NCBI RefSeq assembly: GCF_048265165.1
Contig: NZ_JBLXCD010000009.1
Span: 1-24,000 of the forward strand
Length of the DNA stretch: 24,000 nt
Direction of reading: 5' to 3'
Origin: Oceanospirillum sp.
GTDB lineage: Bacteria; Pseudomonadota; Gammaproteobacteria; Pseudomonadales; Halomonadaceae
Within the stretch, counting starts at the first letter, position 1. Every line of letters starts with the position of its first letter. The translations under genes and the position numbers were made by a program. The notes beneath the pieces were generated by a model. The model was not told the origin of the DNA. It searched no databases and saw only the letters and a program-made list of their open reading frames with translations. This document shows, piece after piece, positions 17,174-24,000 of the stretch.

Positions 17174-18949
17174 TTACATCTCCTCAGGTGCGCTCACACC
17201 CAATAGCCCCAACCCATTCGCTAACACCTGCCCAACCGCTTCACTGAGCGCCAGACGGGCATTACGGATTTCAGCATCGTCTTCCAGTACTTTCAGAGCG
17301 TTGTACCAGGTATGAAAATCAGATGCTAAATCCTTCAGGAACTGAGCCATAACATGGGGCTCATAATTTAAAGCACAGTTTTCCAGAACCTCCGGATAAC
17401 GAGCCAGTGCAACCATAAGGTCTTTCTCATAATCACTGTCCAGTTTTTCCAGCGCCGCAAGTCCTGCAGACTGATCAAAGCTCCAACCATGCTCCGCCAG
17501 CTTACGCATTACGCTGCAAACCCGCGCATGGGCATACTGAATGTAATAAACCGGATTGTCTTTGGACTGCGATTTCGCCAGATCCAGATCGAAATCCATA
17601 TGCTGATCCGATTTACGGCTTACATAGAAGAAGCGTGCGGCATCATTGCCCACTTCCCCCCGCAACTCGCGCAGGGTTACGAAAGAACCGGAACGTGTCG
17701 ACATCTGAACCCGCTCAGAACCCCGGTAAAGAATAGCAAACTGCACCAGGCGGAAGTCCAGCTTCTCCAGTGGATAACCCAGCGCCTGACATACCGCCTT
17801 CAGGCGCGGCAGATAGCCATGGTGATCAGCACCAAAGACGTACAGCAGCTTGTCAAAGCCACGCTCAAACTTATTGTGCATGTAGGCAATATCTGAGGCG
17901 AAATAAGTGGTCATGCCATTATCTCGCACCACGCAACGGTCTTTGTCATCTCCAAACGCAGTAGAGCGGAACCACTGGGCACCCTTCTCTTCATAAATAT
18001 GGCCTGCTTCGGTCAACTTTTTCAGTGCGGTTTCAACATCGCCACCACGGGTCAGGGAGCGCTCAGAGAACCATTCCTGATAGTGAACGCCAAACTCTCC
18101 CAGATCCTGTTCGATATCACCACGGATATCTTCCAGTGCGATATCGAACACCTGCTCGTAGATATCAGTTCCCAGTAGCGCTTTTGCCTGAGCGATCAGG
18201 CCATCAATATGAGCTTCTTTATCACCACCCTGAGGTTCATCAGCAGGCACACCGTCAAACACATCCGCTGCACTACGAACCAGGCTATCAGCAAACTGAT
18301 CCTGCACCTTTTTAGCGATGTCCAGAATATAGCTGCCTTTATAGCCATTGCTTGGAAAATCAAAAGCAGTGCTGTCAGCGTCCCCATTTTCCAGTTCTAA
18401 GTAACGAAGCCATACACTCGTTGCCAGAATATCCATCTGACGACCGGCATCATTGACATAGTATTCACGATGAACATCAAATCCCGCCGCGGCCAGAAAA
18501 TCAGAAACCGTTGCACCATATGCTGCCCCACGGCCGTGACCGACGTGAAGAGGGCCGGTCGGGTTCGCCGAAACAAATTCTACCTGAATCTTCTGATGGC
18601 CACCCGCGCTGCTCAAACCAAAGCTTTCTTTCTGGGAAAGAACATCAGCAACAACCGCTGTGATCGTCGCTGCACTGGCAAAAAAGTTAATAAAGCCAGG
18701 GCCTGCGATATCAACCTGAGTCACACTGCTGCTTTCCGGCAGCGCATCAACCAGCTTCTGAGCCAATTCACGGGGTGCACAACCCGCCGGTTTTGCCAGC
18801 ATCAGTGCGATATTCGTCGCAAAATCACCATGGGCCTTATCTTTGGTATTTTCCACCATGATTCGGGGTGACAGATCCGCAGGCAGGATCTCCTGCTGCT
18901 TCAGAGAGTCGATGGCACCAGCAATTAATTCAGCAATATGTTCTTTCAT
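17174..18949 (-). CDS. argS: Arginine--tRNA ligase
   Basis: It has the class I HIGH-type motif ([15 protein letters not shown]), an MSTRSG motif in the KMSKS position, and a C-terminal anticodon-binding DALR-like region. Confidence 0.96.
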   Translation of the reverse strand: MKEHIAELIAGAIDSLKQQEILPADLSPRIMVENTKDKAHGDFATNIALMLAKPAGCAPRELAQKLVDALPESSSVTQVDIAGPGFINFFASAATITAVVADVLSQKESFGLSSAGGHQKIQVEFVSANPTGPLHVGHGRGAAYGATVSDFLAAAGFDVHREYYVNDAGRQMDILATSVWLRYLELENGDADSTAFDFPSNGYKGSYILDIAKKVQDQFADSLVRSAADVFDGVPADEPQGGDKEAHIDGLIAQAKALLGTDIYEQVFDIALEDIRGDIEQDLGEFGVHYQEWFSERSLTRGGDVETALKKLTEAGHIYEEKGAQWFRSTAFGDDKDRCVVRDNGMTTYFASDIAYMHNKFERGFDKLLYVFGADHHGYLPRLKAVCQALGYPLEKLDFRLVQFAILYRGSERVQMSTRSGSFVTLRELRGEVGNDAARFFYVSRKSDQHMDFDLDLAKSQSKDNPVYYIQYAHARVCSVMRKLAEHGWSFDQSAGLAALEKLDSDYEKDLMVALARYPEVLENCALNYEPHVMAQFLKDLASDFHTWYNALKVLEDDAEIRNARLALSEAVGQVLANGLGLLGVSAPEEM

Positions 18950-19124
18950 TTCAATCCGGATCTGCTAAGCAAGAAGTTTACCGCCCGAAGCCAACGTAAA
19001 GACTTCGACCCACTCATAATCAATAACCCGACATTATCATCTTTATTCCCGCGTCTGTTAACCATAAAACGACGCTTTTCGGTAATAAGTGCCGGCTATT
19101 TTTTCACAAATAACCCTCAGGTTG

Positions 19125-21371
19125 TTAAATCAGCTCCTGGGGATCTACATCCAACGACCAGCGTACCTTGCGCTGCAGCGGGTGACGACTTATCAGCTCC
19201 AGCAGGCATGAGATACCCTGGTGCAAAGGTCCACGCCGATCACAAATCAGCCAGATCTGCATATGGTAGCGACCAAAACGCCGCTCCATGGGTGATGGCA
19301 CAGGCCCTGTTACCTCCAATCCTTGGATCTGAGACGTTACCGGCTCGGCAGCCTGCACAACATCCGTCAGAAAGCCGGACACCAGATCACTCTGGTTGGC
19401 CTCCGCCCGAATAATCGCCATAAAAGAATAGGGCGGCAGTAAAGTATCTTTTCGTTCCTCAAGCAAACAGCGGGAAAATTCACTGTAATCGTGCTGAGCC
19501 AATAGTTTTAACAAAGGGTCATCCGGGCGATGGGTCTGCACAACAACCTTACCCTTACGTCTTTCACGGCCGGCACGACCTGCAACCTGTGTCAGCAACT
19601 GCCCCATGCGCTCCAGCCCCCGAAAATCAGAGCTGTAAAACCCTCCATCGGCATCCAGCACCACGACCAGTGAAACCCCCGGAAAATGATGTCCTTTAGC
19701 CAACATTTGAGTCCCCACTAGCACGCAAGGTTCCTCTGTATTCACCCTGGCCAGCAGCTTCTCCATCATGCCTTTTTTACTGACCGTATCCCGATCCACA
19801 CGAAAAACCGGCCAGTCTTTAAATGCCTGTTCAAGGGTTTCTTCCATCCGCTCGGTGCCTGACCCCACCGGTTTTAGTTCAGAGTTAAAACACTTGGGGC
19901 ACTGATGGGGAATAGCACTGACACTATCGCAATGGTGGCAATGCAGACGTGGCGGCTCCCGGTGCAGAGTCATGCGGGCATCACAGAAGGGACAATCGGA
20001 AACCCAGCCACAGTCATGACACATCAATGCCGGAGCAAACCCCCGGCGATTGATAAAAGCCAGCACCTGACCTCCCTGCTCGAGGTGAGTACGCATCACC
20101 TGCAATAGGCCGCCATCAATGCCGTTGGTCAGCTTCTTATGTTGAATATCATGCAGATAGACATCCGGCAGCTGTACACTGCTCCCCGCCCTCTGAGTCA
20201 GCTTCAACCATTGAAAACGCTTTTCTGTCGCATTGTGCAGCGTTTCCAGGGAGGGAGTCGCCGAGCCAAGAACAACCGGACAGCTCAACATCTTACCCCG
20301 AACAATCGCCAGATCCCGTGCAGAGTAGCGGATGCCATCGCCTTGCTTATAGGAAGCATCATGCTCCTCATCCACGACAATTAATCCAAGGTCTTTAAAA
20401 GGCGTGACCGCCGCTGAGCGGGTACCGATCAACACACCTGCGCGGCCATCTCTTGCCAACAGCCAGGCATCCAGACGCTCTTTATCATTCAGGCCGGAGT
20501 GAAGCGTCATTACCGGAACGGAGAAACGCTTCTTAAATCGGTTAACTGTCTGGGGAGCAAGGCCGATCTCGGGCACCAGAACCAGCACCTGGCGCCCCTG
20601 CTTTAATACAGCTTCTATTACCTGCAGATAAACTTCTGTTTTACCGCTGCCGGTCACCCCCTCCAGAAGGAAAACTTCCGGTTGACCAAGCTGTCCTGTA
20701 ACCTCGCTAACCACATGCTTCTGGTCATCATTTAGCTGAAGCGGTATTTCAGCCAATACTGAGCGTGTCTCATGATCGCGACCTTCCAAATGGCGGGATT
20801 GCAGGTAACGCTCAGCCAAGCCTTTGTCTTCAAGGGCTGCCATCTGAGTGGATGTAAAGCCGAGAGATCGCAGCATTGTAGCGGCCACCGGCTGCTGATG
20901 CTTTTGCAGTGCCCGCAATAGCTCTGCCTGCTTAGGCGCGCGGTGCATCTTTTCCGGCTCCAGAGCCCGACCACTCTGAGTTGCCATCCAGTAAGTTTCT
21001 TCCTGAATATGAGCCGCCGCCCCCTGCCTTAAAGGCGCTGGTAACATCATACTGATCACTTCACCCACCGGGCCATGACAATATCGTGCCAGCCATTTGG
21101 CTAAAGCCAGCTGATGATCATCCAGTAACGAAGCATCATCTATCACCTCCGTCAGAGGTTTGAGTTTTTCCAGAGGAATATCAGGACTGACCTGGCGGGC
21201 CATCACGACACCTACCAGGGTTTTATTGCGATAAGGTACTCGTACCCTGGCACCCAGAGGCAGATAAGCATTCTGTAAATTCGGCGGTAAAATATAGTCA
21301 AAACAGCGCGTTAACGGTACAGGTAACGCAACGCGAATGACCGGTGGCTCATCATCAAATAATGAGTGCAT
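19125..21371 (-). CDS. priA: Primosomal replication-restart helicase PriA
   Basis: It has Walker A GVTGSGKTEVY, the DEEH box (VVDEEHD) and a Cys-rich zinc-binding insertion (CHDCGW..CPFCDARM...CHHCDS...CPKC). Confidence 0.96.
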   Translation of the reverse strand: MHSLFDDEPPVIRVALPVPLTRCFDYILPPNLQNAYLPLGARVRVPYRNKTLVGVVMARQVSPDIPLEKLKPLTEVIDDASLLDDHQLALAKWLARYCHGPVGEVISMMLPAPLRQGAAAHIQEETYWMATQSGRALEPEKMHRAPKQAELLRALQKHQQPVAATMLRSLGFTSTQMAALEDKGLAERYLQSRHLEGRDHETRSVLAEIPLQLNDDQKHVVSEVTGQLGQPEVFLLEGVTGSGKTEVYLQVIEAVLKQGRQVLVLVPEIGLAPQTVNRFKKRFSVPVMTLHSGLNDKERLDAWLLARDGRAGVLIGTRSAAVTPFKDLGLIVVDEEHDASYKQGDGIRYSARDLAIVRGKMLSCPVVLGSATPSLETLHNATEKRFQWLKLTQRAGSSVQLPDVYLHDIQHKKLTNGIDGGLLQVMRTHLEQGGQVLAFINRRGFAPALMCHDCGWVSDCPFCDARMTLHREPPRLHCHHCDSVSAIPHQCPKCFNSELKPVGSGTERMEETLEQAFKDWPVFRVDRDTVSKKGMMEKLLARVNTEEPCVLVGTQMLAKGHHFPGVSLVVVLDADGGFYSSDFRGLERMGQLLTQVAGRAGRERRKGKVVVQTHRPDDPLLKLLAQHDYSEFSRCLLEERKDTLLPPYSFMAIIRAEANQSDLVSGFLTDVVQAAEPVTSQIQGLEVTGPVPSPMERRFGRYHMQIWLICDRRGPLHQGISCLLELISRHPLQRKVRWSLDVDPQELI

Positions 21372-21586
21372 GCTTACCTCTTGCCTCAGAAAAAAACTCT
21401 GCTATTATGCCTCACCTTCTTATAAGGCTCATCCTATTAAGATGTTTCTGTCGCAGACAGTCGCATCGCTATAGTCGTGGTCAACACGGTATAGCAGAAA
21501 TGCCTGCAAAGAATAACCGGTTAACAGCCCCTGAACGGTGCCTGGCAAGACCAGGTGGCGGTTCAAACTTATTGAGGTTTTAGAAA

Positions 21587-21802
21587 ATGAAACAAGGTAT
21601 TCACCCAGAGTACAACGAAGTAACTGCAACCTGCAGCTGTGGTCACACTTTCCAACTGCGTTCTACGCTGGCTAAGCCACTGCACCTGGACGTTTGCTCT
21701 CAGTGTCACCCTTTCTACACCGGCAAGCAGAAGCAAGCTCAGACTGGCGGCCGTGTTGATCGCTTCAAGCAGCGTTTCTCAAGCCGTATCAAGAAGAGCT
21801 AA
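21587..21802 (+). CDS. rpmE: 50S ribosomal protein L31, zinc-ribbon (Cys-containing) form
   Basis: The sequence MKQGIHPEY...CSCGHTF...[13 protein letters not shown] is typical of L31. It is divergent from priA, as in many gammaproteobacteria. Confidence 0.96.
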   Translation: MKQGIHPEYNEVTATCSCGHTFQLRSTLAKPLHLDVCSQCHPFYTGKQKQAQTGGRVDRFKQRFSSRIKKS

Positions 21803-21820
21803 GCCTTCTTATCCGGACCA

Positions 21821-21847
21821 AAAAGCAGCTACGGCTGCTTTTTTTTG
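21821..21847 (+). terminator. Rho-independent terminator of rpmE
   Basis: The stem is AAAAGCAGC/GCTGCTTTT with loop TACG, followed by a T-run (21840-21846). It lies about 20 nt after the rpmE stop. Confidence 0.85.
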
Positions 21848-22047
21848 TGCCTACTAAGAATCCGAAGCACACATCAAAACCACTAACCTCATCTTACTTC
21901 CTCAGAAAAAACACCTCTTTATTCTACCTGTAAGTTGGCAATCAGAAATAACAGTAGTCAAATTACAACATTATGATTTCGATAGTGTTTTTCCTCATAA
22001 AACTGCATTCTTTTTGTAAAAAAAGTTCTTTGACTTTTGTTTAATAT

Positions 22048-22072
22048 CCGCCTTGTTCGGCTGGTTTTTTTT
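22048..22072 (+). terminator. Terminator-like hairpin plus T8, 45 nt upstream of the malic enzyme start (attenuator or 3' end of a small transcript)
   Basis: The stem is CCGCC (22048-22052) / GGCTGG (22059-22064, one bulged T) with a 6-nt loop. It is followed immediately by TTTTTTTT (22065-22072). The stem is short, so the call is tentative. Confidence 0.4.
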
Positions 22073-22118
22073 CTATATGCTCTGAAAGTGCTAAACCCTA
22101 ACAACCGGAACTTTTCTA

Positions 22119-23363
22119 ATGTCAGACGAAATGAAAAAAGCAGCGCTGGATTACCATGCTAACCCTACTCCAGGCAAATTAAGTGTGGAAATCAGCAAGC
22201 CTGCTGAGACCGCGCGCCATCTATCTCTTGCTTATAGCCCTGGTGTAGCAGAGCCTGTGCGCGAGATCGCAAAAGACCCGGAAAACGCATACCGTTACAC
22301 GGGCAAAGGCAACCTGGTTGCTGTAATTTCTGATGGTTCTGCGATTCTGGGCCTGGGTAACCTTGGCCCTCTGGCCAGCAAGCCTGTTATGGAAGGCAAA
22401 AGCCTTCTGTTCAAACGTTTTGCAAACATCAACTCCGTTGATATCGAAATCAATGCCGAAAGCCCGCAAGCTTTCATTGATACTGTTGCCCGTATTGCTG
22501 ACACCTGGGGTGGTATCAACCTGGAAGATATCAAAGCACCGGAGTGCTTTGAAATTGAACGCACCCTGATCGAACAGTGCGATATTCCAGTTTTCCACGA
22601 TGATCAGCACGGAACAGCCATTGTAACAGCAGCAGGTATGCTGAACGCTCTGGAAGTTCAGGGCAAATCCATTGAAGAAGCTAAAGTAGTTTGCCTGGGC
22701 GCCGGCGCGGCTGCCGTTGCCTGCATGAAGCTTCTGATCAGCTGTGGCGCTAAAATCGAAAACATCTACATGCTGGATCGCAAAGGTGTTATCCACACTG
22801 GCCGTGATGATCTGAACCAGTACAAAGCGATGTTCGCTAACGATACAGACAAGCGTACGCTGGACGACGCCATTGACGGAGCGGACGTATTTGTCGGCTT
22901 GTCAGGTCCGAACCTGCTGGCCGCTGAGCAACTGGCGAAGATGGCTCCTAAGCCGATCGTATTTGCTTGTTCTAACCCTGATCCGGAAATCAGCCCTGAG
23001 CTGGCCAATGCAACCCGTGATGACCTGATCATGGCCACTGGCCGTTCTGATTACCCGAACCAGGTGAATAACGTACTGGGTTTCCCATTCATTTTCCGTG
23101 GTGCTCTGGACGTTCGCGCCAGCCGTATCAACGAAGAGATGAAAGTTGCTGCAGTTCATGCCCTTAAAGATCTGGCGAAACAACCTGTAACTCAGGAAGT
23201 AATCGACGCTTACGACGGTATCAAGCTGGAATTTGGCCCTGCTTACATCATGCCAAAGCCAACAGACTCCCGTCTGCTGGGTGCAGTATCAGCAGCAGTC
23301 GCTAAAGCAGCTGTTGACTCTGGTGTTGCACGCCTGCCTTACCCAGAGCACTACCCTCTGTAA
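22119..23363 (+). CDS. maeB: NAD(P)-dependent malic enzyme, short form (414 aa, no phosphotransacetylase-like C-terminal domain)
   Basis: It has ALDYHANPTPGKL..., LSLAYSPGVAEP, GLGNLGPLASKPVMEGK and the dinucleotide-binding GAGAAAVA motif. Confidence 0.92.
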   Translation: MSDEMKKAALDYHANPTPGKLSVEISKPAETARHLSLAYSPGVAEPVREIAKDPENAYRYTGKGNLVAVISDGSAILGLGNLGPLASKPVMEGKSLLFKRFANINSVDIEINAESPQAFIDTVARIADTWGGINLEDIKAPECFEIERTLIEQCDIPVFHDDQHGTAIVTAAGMLNALEVQGKSIEEAKVVCLGAGAAAVACMKLLISCGAKIENIYMLDRKGVIHTGRDDLNQYKAMFANDTDKRTLDDAIDGADVFVGLSGPNLLAAEQLAKMAPKPIVFACSNPDPEISPELANATRDDLIMATGRSDYPNQVNNVLGFPFIFRGALDVRASRINEEMKVAAVHALKDLAKQPVTQEVIDAYDGIKLEFGPAYIMPKPTDSRLLGAVSAAVAKAAVDSGVARLPYPEHYPL

Positions 23364-23378
23364 GACAGCTTATAAAAT

Positions 23379-23404
23379 AAAGCACCTGATATTCAGGTGC
23401 TTTT
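23379..23404 (+). terminator. Rho-independent terminator of the malic enzyme gene
   Basis: The stem is AAAGCACCTG/CAGGTGCTTT (23379-23388 / 23394-23403) with loop ATATT. It runs into TTTT. It lies 15 nt after the stop. Confidence 0.8.
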
Positions 23405-23441
23405 AAGCTTGAAAATGTCCTATCGACATTTGTTCCGGCAC

Positions 23442-23475
23442 AAAAAAACGGCACCTCACAAGGGTGCCGTTTTTC
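23442..23475 (-). terminator. Bidirectional Rho-independent terminator, strongest for the PBP1A gene (minus strand)
   Basis: The stem is ACGGCACC/GGTGCCGT (23448-23455 / 23463-23470) with a 7-nt loop. It is flanked by A7 (23442-23448) on one side and T5 (23470-23474) on the other. It lies about 30 nt after the minus-strand stop at 23505-23507. Confidence 0.8.
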
Positions 23476-23504
23476 GTTGTGGCTAATACTTTAGCCAGTC
23501 TTCT

Positions 23505-24000
23505 TTAGAACAGAGCTTCCGGTGCCGGTGCATCGTCTACAGAAGGCACAGAGCCATCGCCGCTCTGGATAATCTCCACAGGTGTTTCCGACGTGTTCGT
23601 CACTTCCTCTTCCGGTACATTCTCAACCCGGAACACTTCGAAAATCGCATTTTTCTGCCCCGGGCGAGCACGCTTGCCGGTTTCAGAGTCGATACGAACA
23701 GTCACCAACCCCGGAGGCTGAGCCATGCTACGCTCAGGCTTACCGGCCAGGTATTCCTGCATAAAGCTGACCCAAATCGGTAGTGCGGCTTTACTACCGT
23801 ACTCACCGATATTAGAAGGCTGATCAAAACCTACCCAGGTAGCAGCCACAACATCCTGATTAAAGCCTGCAAACCAGGCATCTTTCAGGTCATTGGTGGT
23901 TCCGGTTTTACCCGCAATGTCTGAACGTCCCAACGCACGTGCCCGACGACCCGTTCCCTGTTGAATAACATCCTTCAACATAGTCTGCATAATGTAAACA
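23505..24000 (-). CDS. mrcA: Penicillin-binding protein 1A, C-terminal part (gene continues beyond the window edge)
   Basis: It has the KTGTT transpeptidase motif (IAGKTGTTNDLKDAWFAGF) and a typical PBP1A C-terminal tail. The reading frame is open to position 24000, so the ORF-track Met at 23990 is not the real start. Confidence 0.88.
   Translation of the reverse strand, partial: VYIMQTMLKDVIQQGTGRRARALGRSDIAGKTGTTNDLKDAWFAGFNQDVVAATWVGFDQPSNIGEYGSKAALPIWVSFMQEYLAGKPERSMAQPPGLVTVRIDSETGKRARPGQKNAIFEVFRVENVPEEEVTNTSETPVEIIQSGDGSVPSVDDAPAPEALF

Noticed and set aside
17489-19414. Plus-strand ORFs lie antisense to argS (135, 133, 96 aa), and a 158-aa ORF (18938-19414) spans the argS-priA gap into the priA 3' end.
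   Set aside because: They show no conserved motifs and overlap well-supported genes. The 158-aa product is Pro/Ser/Ala-rich with no ribosome-binding site.
21514-21555. The perfect 10-bp palindrome TAACCGGTTA (21514-21523) and the hairpin CCTGG-CAAGA-CCAGG (21541-21555) in the rpmE leader could be regulatory sites.
   Set aside because: L31 autoregulation through its leader is known in E. coli. These short elements match no binding-site consensus I can name, and palindromes of this size occur by chance. I noted them but did not promote them to a finding.
22221-23183. Long minus-strand ORFs (191, 89, 90 and 93 aa) lie antisense to the malic enzyme gene.
   Set aside because: They are shadow frames of a highly conserved gene. 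Their composition is Ala/Ser/Arg-rich and no start context is present.

Overview
The window looks like a gammaproteobacterial chromosome segment with moderate GC by eye, and most of it is core housekeeping. From 8454 to the right edge the gene order is tatC-tatB-tatA-hisE-ubiB-ubiJ-ubiE-DUF971-hslU-hslV-SPOR-argS-priA (all minus strand), then rpmE and malic enzyme (plus), then the 3' end of PBP1A (minus). From memory this is colinear with the Pseudomonas ponA...tatC block, but without the pha cluster and without hisI. The left end carries hemB-ppk on the minus strand. Between these two blocks (about 3.5-8.5 kb) sit five non-housekeeping genes: a membrane fatty-acid-hydroxylase/sterol-desaturase-type protein, elbB, and a minus-strand three-gene operon. 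That operon encodes two tandem paralogous metallo-beta-lactamase-fold proteins followed by an HD-GYP-family protein. The two MBL-fold proteins have conserved His/Asp residues spaced like the di-iron site of flavodiiron proteins or oxygen-binding di-iron proteins (ODP). The HD-GYP-family protein keeps HHERPDGSGYP but has no HD dyad. This operon is the only candidate for an undescribed system here, a di-iron gas/redox/iron sensor pair coupled to a probably non-catalytic c-di-GMP-family module, and that reading is inference from motifs only. I found no CRISPR arrays, tRNA or rRNA genes, transposases, integrases or recognisable defence genes. Smaller observations are a sigma32-like promoter upstream of hslVU, two orphan terminator-like hairpins upstream of hemB and of the malic enzyme gene, and a compact promoter/23-codon ORF/terminator module. 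Four ORF-track start codons are revised: tatA, ubiJ, the upstream MBL paralog and the hydroxylase.
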